This document shows, one piece after another, positions 22,431 through 33,933 of a stretch of DNA of 33,933 bases. Below the pieces are notes generated by a model that was not told where the DNA came from, did no database searches, and was given only the letters and a program-made list of their open reading frames with translations. The DNA lies in contig NC_068982.1 of NCBI RefSeq assembly GCF_001194135.2, positions 12,107,287 to 12,141,219 of the forward strand, read 5' to 3'. How positions within the stretch are numbered: the stretch's first letter is position 1; each line of letters starts with the position of its first letter. Source of the stretch: Octopus bimaculoides (taxonomy: Eukaryota). The translations under genes and the position numbers were made by a program.

Positions 22431-23594
22431 AGGAATATCATTCTCATAACTATCTACATTTTCAATGTAACATTGGGCCTCACAGAGGCAAAGTGGTGAC
22501 AAGTGCAACATCTTCGTTCAGCAGTTACAAGTGGTTGAAATAACATAATGACACTTGCAAATGAAAGGCTGGGTGCTTCATTTTGTGTGTAAGTTTATTT
22601 CTGTACTTGCACTATGCTAAGGAACCCAAACTACTTCTTTGTGTGCCATCCTGTATAAGAGCAAACAATGTCTGGAGTTGTCTTCTGTAATTGACAATAA
22701 AATCAAAACACTATTAATTCATGGACAAAACTGTTTTCATTTTCGGTTCTTATATTTTCTCATGAACATGCTTAACATCTTAACCCCATTAATATCTTAA
22801 TACTAACTTAACTATTATCTTTTATAAATGATCATCTAATTATTATAGGGTTATTGATATCAAGACTGCATTTAAGGTTAATATTGTTACATTTTATTTA
22901 TGGATAAGAAACAGATTTAATTTTGTCTAAAAAAATCAATATGATGAAGTTTTACTTTTGCTTAGAATTTATTGTGATTTTCTTTTGTACTCTTAGCATC
23001 AAATTGAAAATGTTTATATACATTATAAGAAAATGTTTGTCGTCTATCCATTCTGATAAATCCTTAACTTCTCATGAGATTAGCTTGATGTATGAAATAA
23101 TGTAGTCATAAACTAACAATTGTTTAAAATGAAATTCTGTTATTCAAAATTCTGAATAAAAATGGAATCTAAATTGTTTTAGAGGCTACACACTTAAATA
23201 TTTACAAAAGCTACTAGTGGAAGGAATTACAGTTTCTCCATATAAATTTTGACATCTCTTTATTGTGAAACTGCTAATAAAATAAACTGTGCATAATGTT
23301 TTATCTTTGTTTTATCTTTTTTTTCCTTTCTTTTTCCAATCTCCTATGTATAATTCTTCACATGAAAAGAATCTTTAGCAACAGATATTTTCAGATATTT
23401 TGAATGTGGATTTTGCATTATACATTGCAATTGTAGTTCCATTCTTTGAAAATTCCATAAAATAATTTGTAAACAAAATTGGAAAAAATAAAATAAAAAT
23501 GTTAACATGAAATTGGAATCTTTTACATAGTATAGCTTGGTAATGAAATGTTTAATCATTTTGTAAACAGTTTTGATGTTTCATTTCTTTTATC

Positions 23595-23789
23595 TTTTGC
23601 TTGTTTCAGTCATTAGACTGTGGCCATGCTGGGGCACTACTCTCTGAAGAATTTCAGTTGAATGAATTGAACCTAGTGTTAATGTCTTTTTTCAGCTTGG
23701 TACTTATTCTAATCTGCTAAGTTATAGGGATGTAAACACACCAACACCAGTTGTCAAGCAGTGGTGGAGGGCAAACATAGACACAAAAG

Positions 23790-23823
<34 letters not shown>

Positions 23824-23995
23824 AATATAAAATAAGCTTCTTTCAGTTTCCATCTACCAAATCCATTCACAAGGCTTTGGTTGGCCTGAGGCTATAGTAG
23901 AAGGCATATGGCCAAGGTTCCCCACAGTGGGACTGAACCTGGGACCATGTGATTGGGAAGCAAACTTCATACCACTTAGCCATGTCTGTGCCTAT
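23595..23995 (-). mobile_element. full-length family A SINE
   Basis: Tail TTGTTTCAGTCATTAGACTGTGGCCATGCTGG to head CATACCACTTAGCCATGTCTGTGCC. Confidence 0.85.
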
Positions 23996-26148
23996 AGATT
24001 TCACATTATTAGTAATATTACACAGTTCATCATGTGGCTGTTGATAGAGTTGGGTACCTTACGATAATCTGATTACAGTGGGGAGCTTTGCATTATCATC
24101 CAACATGCTTTATGTTAAAGTCAGATCTTCTTCAAATGCCTTTCATTTGTCTCTCCTGGGGAGACCACAATTATAAAATTTAAACTTTAGATGTGCTTAT
24201 AAGAAAAACAAGATCACTTTATCTTGAATACCAAGAAAATTTGTTCAGAAAGTCAGTCTCATAATAGGCATGAACAGAAACTCCCAGCAATGCTGTATTT
24301 AGTTTTACGTTCTGTAAAAAGGATTAAAGAAAGAAAAGAAAAGAAGAAAAGCACCTAATCACTTTCCCTTTGTATATAGTCTCAGTTGATGTGTCTTGAA
24401 TATTTTGTAATGACAGGCATTCAACAGAAAATGTTAGCTAAAACATTTGGTAATCATGAATAAAATTCCTTAGAACAAAGCTAATTTTAAATATGCTCTT
24501 AAAGTATAATTATGGAAACAAACATATCATAGTATTAAAGTAATAAGTGATGTATTTTCTGAAAATAATTGAAATGTTAAAATGATTAATGATGACATGT
24601 ATTGAGCATTAAAATCTGAATAAATAAAGAAAAGTTATGATTAAATACAGACTGATTTTCATTCACCTAAAATTATATTTCTCAAACTTGAGGTAAATGT
24701 AATTTACTTCTATAACTTTAACTAATGTCTTTCAAGGAAGGAAACTAAACAAGAAAGAAAACTAAATACAAAACATCATTAACTTATTATCTCAATTAAT
24801 CAATCAATTATAGCTGTGTGATTTTTCAAATTCCAACAGTAATACAGTTAGTATCTGGCTCTGCCATTGAAACTTTAAACTATGAGTTTTAATAATTAAA
24901 TAAAAATTCTATCAACATTAGCCAAATTTAATTTACTTTCCTTCATTACCGTACAACTGATTGTTGGATTCTGAAATCTGAGAGCATTTGGGGAAAAAAA
25001 AAATTATTTGTCTGCAAATAAAACCTATCCCATCTTGGGAAAATTATATTACCATGTTTAAAATCTCTAAAGAAAACTAACATTTCATTTTAAAGTGTTA
25101 CAACTATTTATATTTGTGTTGAATCTGTAGTTAACTTTAGTTGGGAACCTTGATAAACAGGGAACCATTTTTTATCACTAGTAAACCCAGCACAATATTT
25201 TACTTAAGTTTCACTGACCTATTTCAACTAAGCTTCGTAAACTAGTCACTTGATATCCTGCCCAACAGAACATTTCCACTAACATGACAGTTCTCTTCAA
25301 ATTTCAGGCAGCCAATTCAGGAATCTACTTTGATCAACTTTACTATCTATAGTTATGTTGATTCTTAATCTATTCCCTTTTTCTTCATCTCTGTAATCTC
25401 TATAATCAATTCCATTTTCATTCCTGTTATAAATTCCACTTTACAATTGGCTTCAACTTTTATGTATTAAAATGTTCCTTGATGTAAATGATAAATACAG
25501 TTTCATACACTTGCCTCTTCTACTTGATTAAAGATGCTGAATTAAATCTTTATGAATGTAGGCATGATAGAACATTTCTCAAATATGCTTAATCTTTAGA
25601 TTTTATTATATTACTCTTTCTATGGTTACTTCCATCAACTTACCTGCTTTGTTCCACAAACCAACTAACTGTATGTCTTACCATACAAGCCTATAATCTC
25701 ACTGACATTCCTACTAGCTACCATAATGACATATCTAAAAGCCATGCCTGACAACAGTATTGCTTATGGTTTCTCTTTCCGTCAATCAGTTTAACATGAA
25801 AATCAACGAAATATTTCTCTATGTTCAACTTACATTTGAAATACTACACTCGTTCTTACCTCTACATTGATGAACTTGAGGAAATTACCTGCTATTAGTT
25901 TTAAGCCATTCTTGTGCAACACTTTGCATTTAAAATTTTTCCAAGCTGCTTTACGAGGTTTTTATTCTCTGAATATATTCCATTTATGTGTGTGCAGGAG
26001 TTGATAGAACTTTTCTATTTGTATTATTAGCCTCATCCAACTTGATGCCAACAGGTAAGACACCTGAAAAGCTAGCAGCCATTCAAATAATAGAATGATA
26101 ATATTTTGATGGATATATCATGTACATATATATATATATATGTGTGTT

Positions 26149-26226
<78 letters not shown>

Positions 26227-26444
26227 CATACATTACAACCTGATATTTACATGCTGTTATTTATAGCATTTGTACTTTGTGATCCAGTTCCAAAATAGAA
26301 TTAATCCATGTTCTTCTCTCAAAAGCTTATGATTTTCATATGACATCAACAATGCACACTCACACACACACACGTGGGTGTATGTTTATGTATATACATA
26401 TGTGTGTGTGTGTGTGTGTGTGTGCAAGAGTGTGTGTATATGTA

Positions 26445-26720
26445 TCATCATCATTATCATCATTTAACATTCACTGTCCATGCTGGCATGGGTTGGATGG
26501 TTTGACCAAAGCTAGAAGGCTGCACCAGACACCAGTCTGATTTGGCATGGTTTTCTATGACTGGATGCCCTTCCTAATGCCAACCACTCTGAGAGCGTAA
26601 TGCTTTTATGTGCCAGCGGCACGGGTGCTAATTTGCATGACACCAGTATCTGCCATGATTGATTTTGCTTGGCTTGATGAGTCTTCTTCTCAAGCATGGC
26701 ATAATGTTAAACATCTTCGT
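26445..26720 (-). mobile_element. family B copy
   Basis: (CAT)n-CATTTAACATTCACTGTCCATGCTGGCATGGGTTGGATGG...CTGGATGCCCTTCCTAATGCCAACCACTC. Confidence 0.8.
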
Positions 26721-27803
26721 CATTGCCCGCCTCTCCCCCCAAATTTTGGATCTTGTGCCTAAAATAGAAAAGAATATTGTGGCTTTGATGAATGGATGGC
26801 ACATGTTGCATAGTTCAGTCAGTTTGTTTTACCATTAAAGCATTATGAGCCAATGAAAAGATTTCTCTCTCTGTCTCTGTCACTATATGGCTGCTCAACT
26901 TGCAAGGAACAGTAGCCAAATTTCTCTCAAAGCACACCCTACTGTCTTGAAAAAATGTAAACCAGATTGGATAATGCAGTTTTGGTCTTGTGTGCATGTA
27001 CTTTGGAGAAAAGATGAGATGGTCACGGTTGATTGCTCAAACAGTGATTAACCTCAGGCTAAACAACTACACCATCTCTACCACAACCAACAACAACAAC
27101 AACAACAACAATGATAGCAACAACAGCAGTGTCAGAAATCAATCTGCATAAATTGATTGGCTTTAAAATGAGATGTATTTTAAAAAAAGTAAAAAAAAAA
27201 AGAAAAAAAATCAATTAAAATATATTGTATGTCCTGAGGAAATTTAATATCTTCTTTCATTTTATAGGGAAAAATTATATTTCTGTCAATAGAAAGCACA
27301 TAAAAATGATTTTTATCTCGTTGCAGTGACAAAGACAAAAAAAAAAAAAAAATTCATATTTTAGTCTTGTTATATATATATATTATTTCAGGATGAAATT
27401 TATTAAGTCTGTCTTTAAGATATATTAATTTATTCCTATATTAACAAGCTTTTGCTAATGTTCTGAAATTGTAATGAAATGATATTAAATATCAGTCATA
27501 AAAAAATGTTATTTAATATTAATTACAAAATAATTTTTGAAAAGATTGGTTTCAAATCTCACTTTGTCTTTGGTACGAAAGCATATAAGAGTTTTATTTG
27601 CATAATGAGTATGAGGATTATCCCATAAACGTGATAGTGCAATGAGCACTTCTTGTTGCAGTAAGAAATTTTTCTTAGATTTCATAAACTTCTCGTTACC
27701 CTTTCATTTCATAATTTGAGGCTAATTAACTGAAGTAAAGTTTATTTGTTTGGAGTTGATTAACTAAAATAAAGTTTTCCCTTCAAATAAAGTTTTCCTT
27801 AAA

Positions 27804-28160
27804 GGTGCTGGCATGGCTGTGTGGTAAGAAATTTGCTTCCAGACCACATGGTTCTGGGTTCAGTCCCACTGTGTGGCACCTTGGACAAATGTCTTCTATT
27901 ATAGTCTCAGATTGACCAGAGCCTTGTGAGGGGATTTGGTAGATGGAAACTGAAATAAGTCTGTTGTTTGTATGTGTGTGTGTGTGGGTGTGTGTGTGGG
28001 TGTGTGTGGGTGTGTGCACGTGTGTGTGTGTGCACGTGTGTGTCTGTCCCCCACTGCTGCTTGACAAGTAGTGTTGGTTTGTTAATGGTCCCATGACTTA
28101 GCTGTTTGGAGGTGCTCCAGCATGGCCACAGTTTAGTGACTGAAACAAGTAAAAGGTAGA
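27804..28160 (+). mobile_element. full-length family A SINE
   Basis: Head GGCATGGCTGTGTGGTAAG, GGGTTCAGTCCC, tail GACTGAAACAAGTAAAAG. Confidence 0.85.
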
Positions 28161-29057
28161 AGATGAATGTTAAAGTTCAACCTGTGCCTCTCTGAATACA
28201 AAATTATATGAGATGGGCCAGTGAAGAAACCTATATGTAGTCACTCAGCCTGCTAGAAATAGCTGCCAAATCTCACCCAAATAACAATCTTGTTTTAAAA
28301 AAAGCAAGTACATATTTGGATAATGGAGTCATAGATATACGCTAAATAAATGCTGAGATGGGCTTAAACAGCATAATTATGTAGGACTCTAATTAATGCT
28401 AGAACACACAAAATGTTATCCAGCTGAGAAACAATCACTCCATTGGTAAACTGATAGAAATCAAAATCTGTTTAAAAGCTATGACAATTGACATAATGAC
28501 ATCTCTTGTATGATAGTTTTTCCAGTTCATATGCAAAATGTTTGGTAATGGTTTGTAAATAAGCTGATAATCTCTGTCATTAAGATTGTGTAATATTTAT
28601 TCTGAATGACAATGACAGTATGAGTATAACATACAAAGAGATCTTTAAACTGGTGTTTACATGTTCTTAGCAATTAAGATTGGCAGCTGTAGCAATAGAA
28701 AACTAGTGATTCTGATCTGAAGTTGAGATATTATAATAAATATATGAGCAGTTCTGAAACTAGACAATAAATCTTTAATTCTTGAAGAATTTGATATAAT
28801 GTAAGATGTTCATGAACATGTTGCAATATAATAAGGTAAAGGCATAAAGGATACAACACAACATGTGCTATAAAAAAAAAATAGCAACTGAAGCTGAAAG
28901 TTATTTTCTCAACAATAATACTAAATGTTAAGTGGTGTAGTTTTCAACATTTTAAAAATTTGGTCCTGATCCAAAATCTGGATTATTCTTGGGGTCTCCA
29001 CCAAAAACAGTAAAACATGATTTAATTAAAGAAAATGCATAACCAGCCCATTTAAAA

Positions 29058-29401
29058 GTACCCTTGAATCATCGAGTGATATGCTGTGCTTGAGAAGACC
29101 TATTGAGTCAAGTAAAACAAAAAAGTTAAAATCAAAAGCAAATCAAGATCGAAATCTAAATGGAAATTGTAGTTGCGGTTAATGTCAGTGCCGCCTGACT
29201 GGCACCCATGCTGGTGGCACGTAATAAGCACCCACTACACTCTCAAAGAGGTTGGTGTTAGGAAGGGCATCCAGCTGTAAAAAAACCTCACCAGATCAGA
29301 TTGGAGCCTGGCACAGCCTAGCTGGCTTACAAGTTCCCAGTCAAACCATCCAACCCATGCCAGCATGGAAAGTGGACATAAAACAATGACGATGATGATG
29401 A
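29058..29401 (+). mobile_element. family B copy
   Basis: GCTGTGCTTGAGAAGACCTATTGAGTCAAG...TTAGGAAGGGCATCCAGCTG...CCATGCCAGCATGGAAAGTGGACATAAAACAATGACGATGATGATG. Confidence 0.85.
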
Positions 29402-30065
29402 TTCTAGTGAGGATTTATAGAAGGAAGATTGTCGAGGGCTGCCAGAAGGATGCTCAAGCCTGGGAACCATGACTGAGAACTGTTGGTTAAGTGTATCCCA
29501 TTGGAATATATTAAAAACAGGATTGTGAAGAATTATAGATTTTGGGTGTGATGGCAAAAGTTTAGCTAGCACTGAGATAGAAAATCAATGTACTTGATCA
29601 GTTTCTGAAGGTGTTATCAATAAAATACTCCATACTTTGGCAAGGGTTTTCTAATGGAACAGTGTTTCCAGCATGGAAAAATATTCTGAAATGCCCAGCT
29701 AAACTTGCTTCTAGGCATTGCCCCTCTTGGAGAAATTCTCTCCAGAAGTTTCATATTTCAAGTGAATCTGGATTAACACCATTCTGCCTCTTCACTTTGA
29801 ATTGCATTATTGTATATTTATTGGGAAAATCCCAACAATAATAATTTTGGCATGAACTCCTTGAAATGTGAAGTAGTGCACTAATGGGTTTGTAAGCTCA
29901 TTAAACCAAAAATCAACAAAGATGGGGAAAAGTCAGATTCTCTCACTGACAAAAATATTATTCATATATAATATAATTCAGTGATCTAATTTTTCATCTT
30001 GCAAGTGTTGGTAGGTCAGCAGCACATTAAAAAGGAACCATTTTTTACCTAAATTTATTCTACTC

Positions 30066-30226
30066 TGTTCTATATTTAAGAGATGAGGAATTATTTACAT
30101 TATTTACATTTGACAGATATTTGTCCTCATCTTGTTTGTTGTTAACACAATGTTTCGGCTGCTATACCCTCATTAGGTGTCTTGGGGAAATTTCGAACCT
30201 GGGTTTCGAATCATTTATTATTATTA

Positions 30227-30283
<57 letters not shown>

Positions 30284-30455
30284 TCACTGCCTGGAATTGA
30301 ATAATAATAATAACATTGAAAAATACCTAAGGAATGAGAACCCAGGTTTGAAATTTCTCCAAGACACCTGATGAAGGCTGGAGGGTATATCAGCTGAAAC
30401 GTTGTGTTAACAACAAACAAGATGAGGACAAATGTCCATCAAATGTAAATAATGT
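30066..30455. repeat. head-to-head inverted repeat around (TAT)n/(AAT)n with a hammerhead-like core
   Basis: 30097-30207 is the reverse complement of 30338-30455 apart from an approximately 8-nt deletion in the left arm. Confidence 0.9.
30363..30408 (+). ncRNA. putative minimal type I hammerhead ribozyme (extra A after A9)
   Basis: GACAC-CTGATGA-A-GGCTG-GAGGGTATAT-CAGCT-GAAAC-GTT-GTGTT: stem I 5 bp, stem II 5 bp (G.U closing here; the left arm keeps CAGCCGAAAC), palindromic AACGTT in place of stem III. Confidence 0.65.
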
Positions 30456-30519
30456 TATCCTACTGTTTCTTATTTCAGTCATTTGATCGAGGCTGTGGTA
30501 GCTATGGCACCTGTACCAG

Positions 30520-30845
30520 TAGATCACTAAGAGCACTGTCCGAGCGTGATCGTTGCCAGCGCATCAGCTGTCTAGCTTCCGTGCCGGAGGCACGTAAATA
30601 GCACTATTTGAGCGTGATCGTTACCAACGTCACCCTCCTGGCACTTGTGCCAGTGGCACATGAAAANNNNNNNNNNGTGATCGTTACCAACGTCACCCTC
30701 CTGGCACTTGTGCCAGTGGCACATGAAAAGACACTTGAGCGAGTTCGTTGCCAGTGCCGCTGGACTGGCTCCTGTGCAGGTGGCATGTAAAATACACCAT
30801 TTCGAGCGTGGCTGTTGCCAGTACCTCCTGATTGGCCTTTGTGCC
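30520..30845. mobile_element. family B 3'UTR subunit fragments
   Basis: GTGCC.GTGGCACGTAAA, GTGATCGTTACCAACGTC.CC and GGCTCCTGTGCAGGTGGCATGTAAAATACACCATTT are shared in reverse complement with 22130-22310. Confidence 0.7.
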
Positions 30846-31067
30846 GGATGATGATGGTGATGAAGATGCTGGTAGTAGTATTGTTGTTGTTGGTGGTGGT
30901 GATGATGGTGATGATGATGAGGAGGATGACGACGATGATAACGATGACGCTACTGCTGGTGTTGATGATGATGATTGCTGTGACGATGATGATCATCATT
31001 ATTATTACACATACACAGAGAAGCAGACAGACACACACAGAGGCAGACACACACACGCCCACAAAGA

Positions 31068-31115
<48 letters not shown>

Positions 31116-31767
31116 NNNNNNNNNNNNNNNNNNNNNNNNNNNNNNNNNNNNNNNNNNNNNNNNNNNNNNNNNNNNNNNNNNNNNNNNNNNNNNNNNNNNN
31201 NNNNNNNNNNNNNNNNNNNNNNNNNNNNNNNNNNNNNNNNNNNNNNNNNNNNNNNNNNNNNNNNNNNNNNNNNNNNNNNNNNNNNNNNNNNNNNNNNNNN
31301 NNNNNNNNNNNNNNNNNNNNNNNNNNNNNNNNNNNNNNNNNNNNNNNNNNNNNNNNNNNNNNNNNNNNNNNNNNNNNNNNNNNNNNNNNNNNNNNNNNNN
31401 NNNNNNNNNNNNNNNNNNNNNNNNNNNNNNNNNNNNNNNNNNNNNNNNNNNNNNNNNNNNNNNNNNNNNNNNNNNNNNNNNNNNNNNNNNNNNNNNNNNN
31501 NNNNNNNNNNNNNNNNNNNNNNNNNNNNNNNNNNNNNNNNNNNNNNNNNNNNNNNNNNNNNNNNNNNNNNNNNNNNNNNNNNNNNNNNNNNNNNNNNNNN
31601 NNNNNNNNNNNNNNNNNNNNNNNNNNNNNNNNNNNNNNNNNNNNTGTGTGTGAGGACATGTGTGTGGGTACTTGAGTGTGTGTGAAGGCGTCTGTGTGTC
31701 TGAGTGTATGTGTGGGTATGCGTGAGAGCATATGCGTGTTGGAGTGTGTGTGTGTGTGTGTGTGTGT

Positions 31768-31803
<36 letters not shown>

Positions 31804-32190
31804 ATGTATATGTGTTTGTTGGAGTGTGCGTTTGTGTGTATGTGTGTGTAAGTAAGGGCATGTGTGTGTATGAGTGTGTGTGAGAGTATGTATATGTGTG
31901 CATGTATGCTGTCTGTGAATGTATGCTTGCGTGTGGATTTGCAGTGTATGTATGTGTGTGTCTTTGCATTTGCTTGTATGTATGTATATGTGTCTGCATG
32001 CATGCCTCATTGAATATGTGTGTGGGTAAGTGTGTGTATATATAGATATGCATGTGTGTGTATCTATTGCTGGTTTGTTGTGTCTTTATGAGTTCATAAA
32101 CACGTATGTGTCTGTATATGTAGTGAGTATGTGTGTGTATTCTATTTGCTTGTGTGTGTGTGTGTGTGTATGTGTGTGTGTGTGTGTTCA
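30845..32190. repeat. compound microsatellite field (GAT/GGT, CA, TA, GT)
   Basis: Direct reading; source of the long HT-repeat ORFs. Confidence 0.9.
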
Positions 32191-32330
32191 CGTGTGTTTA
32201 ACTTCAAGTTGGCCCCGAATGGGAAGAGAATCCTATAATTAAAGGGCTCTACACTCATGGTTACCCTGACCTCTATCAAGCCCTAATCTATATGGGACCA
32301 CATTATTCAATATATTCTTTTTTTCTTTTA

Positions 32331-32729
32331 TTTTACTTGTTTCAGTCATTTGACTGCGGCCATGCTGCAGCACTGTCTTTAGTTGAAGAAATCGACCCTG
32401 GGAATTATTCTTTGTAAGCCTGGTACTTATTCTACTGGTCTCTTTAGCTGATCCTCAAAGTTATGGGGACATAAACAAACCAACATCAGTTGTCAAGCGA
32501 TGTTGGTGGTTGGGGGAAAAAACACAGGCACACACAAATATATACATACATATATACATATCTATATATAGGACGGGCTTCTTTCAGTTTCTGTCTACCA
32601 AATCCACTCACACAGTTTTGGTTGTTTCAAGACTATAGTAGAAGACACTTGTCCAAGTTGCCACACAACGGGACAGAACCCAGAACCATGTGGTTGGGAA
32701 GGAAGCTTACTACGCAGCCATTCCTGTGG
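32331..32729 (-). mobile_element. full-length family A SINE
   Basis: Same head and tail motifs as the other copies. Confidence 0.85.
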
Positions 32730-32769
32730 ACATTTAAAAAAAAAACAGCTTGTGATTTGAGAGTGACTC

Positions 32770-33933
32770 GTTTATCATCATCATCATCATCATCATCGTT
32801 TAACGTCCGCTTTCCATGCTAGCATGGGTTGGACGATTTGACTGAGGACTGGTGAAACCGGATGGCAACACCAAGCTCCAATCTAATTTGGCAGAGTATC
32901 TACAGCTGGATGCCCTTCCTAACGCCAACCACTCAGAGAGTGTAGTGGGTGCTTTTACGTGTCACCCGCACNNNNNNNNNNNNNNNNNNNNNNNNNNNNN
33001 NNNNNNNNNNNNNNNNNNNNNNNNNNNNNNNNNNNNNNNNNNNNNNNNNNNNNNNNNNNNNNNNNNNNNNNNNNNNNNNNNNNNNNNNNNNNNNNNNNNN
33101 NNNNNNNNNNNNNNNNNNNNNNNNNNNNNNNNNNNNNNNNNNNNNNNNNNNNNNNNNNNNNNNNNNNNNNNNNNNNNNNNNNNNNNNCCAGGGGCACTGG
33201 CAACGATCTTACTTGGCTTGCCGGGTCTTCTCACGCACAGCACATTTCCAAAGGTCTCGGTCAGTAGTCATTGCCTCGGTGAGGCCCAATGTACGAAGGT
33301 CTTGCCTCACCACCTCAGCCCAGGTCTTCCTGGGCCTACCTCTTCCACGGGTTCCCTCAACTGTTAGGGTGTGGCACTTTTTCACGCAGCTATCCTCATC
33401 CATTCTCACCACATGTCCATACCAGCGCAATCGTACGGGAGCCAGTCAGGCGGTACTGGCAACGGCCACGCTCAAAATGGTGCATCTCATGTGTGTATGA
33501 GTGTGTGTGAGAGTATGTATATGTGTGCATGTATTCTGTCTGTGAATGTATGCTTGCGTGTGGATTTGCAGTGTATGGGTTGGACGATTTGACTGTCCAT
33601 ACCAGCGCAATCGTCTCTCTTGCACACCACAACTGATGCTTCTAATGTTCAGCTTTTCTCTCAAGATACTTACACTCTGACGGGTATTCACATTGACATT
33701 ACACATCCAACGGAGCATACTGGCTTCATTCCTTGCGAGCTTACGTATGTCCTCAGCAGTTACAGCCCATGTTTCACTGCCATGTAGCATGGCTGTTCGT
33801 ACGCATGCGTCATACAGTCTGCCTTTTACTCTGAGTGAGAGTCCCTTTGTCGCCAGCAGGGGTAAGAGGTCTCTAAACTTTGCCCAGGCTATTCTTATTC
33901 TAGCAGCTACACTTTTAGCGCACCCACCCCCAC
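32770..33933 (-). mobile_element. RTE-clade LINE, 3' part (continues beyond the window)
   Basis: ORF2 C-terminus followed by a GC-rich 3'UTR and a (GAT)n tail at about 32774-32800. Confidence 0.92.
33209..33931 (-). CDS. RTE ORF2 reverse-transcriptase C-terminal region, interrupted by a 180-nt insert/duplication
   Basis: GGGCAKSVAARIRIAWAKFRDLLPLL...KGRLYDACVRTAMLHGSETWAVTAEDIRKLARNEASMLRWMCNV...QERRLRWYG and RWYGHVVRMDEDSCVKK...GRGRPRKTWAEVVRQDL...DRDLWK*: hallmark RTE motifs (YGSETW, LRW.GHV.RM, GRPRKTW) in one frame. Confidence 0.9.

Noticed and set aside
24060-24155. Minus-strand acceptor TCTCCCCAG and donor AAG|GTACCC
   Set aside because: All three frames contain stops.
26031-26054. 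Plus-strand 24-nt micro-exon candidate
   Set aside because: Good splice motifs but too short to distinguish from chance without transcripts.
29410-29800. Possible Tc1 DDE remnant (HNPVFNIFQWDTL)
   Set aside because: Similarity to the SPDLNPIE..W motif is too weak to support.
30614-30729. 53-bp direct repeat on both sides of a 10-N gap
   Set aside because: Typical unmerged contig overlap; assembly artefact.
30604-32191. Long ORFs of 270-470 aa
   Set aside because: Made of N runs and dinucleotide or trinucleotide repeats.
1-33933. CRISPR array or prokaryotic operon
   Set aside because: No regularly spaced repeat-spacer units or gene-dense coding; the sequence is eukaryotic repeat-rich DNA.

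Overview
AT-rich, repeat-saturated eukaryotic draft sequence with 7 N-gaps, most of them bordered by microsatellites. The SINE/LINE content suggests a cephalopod (octopus-like) genome; this is inference from recalled repeat motifs, not a database match. No host gene can be called with confidence, and most ORFs in the supplied track are microsatellite or gap artefacts. Supported content: (i) many tRNA-derived SINE copies; (ii) an RTE-clade LINE 3' end with a nearly intact ORF2 C-terminus (- strand, running off the window end) plus many copies of its 3' region; (iii) a non-autonomous Helitron with both termini; (iv) decayed mariner and LINE fragments; (v) an LTR-like, structured, GC-rich segment at the left edge. 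The most striking signal is a set of five unrelated sequence families that each carry a type I hammerhead-ribozyme-like core (CUGANGA...GAAA...NUH closed by stem I). Four of them lie in head-to-head inverted repeats (6.4-6.8, 7.5-8.0, 20.7-21.0 and 30.1-30.5 kb), which resembles non-autonomous Penelope-like pseudo-LTR remnants. Ribozyme activity is untested, and several cores deviate from the consensus.
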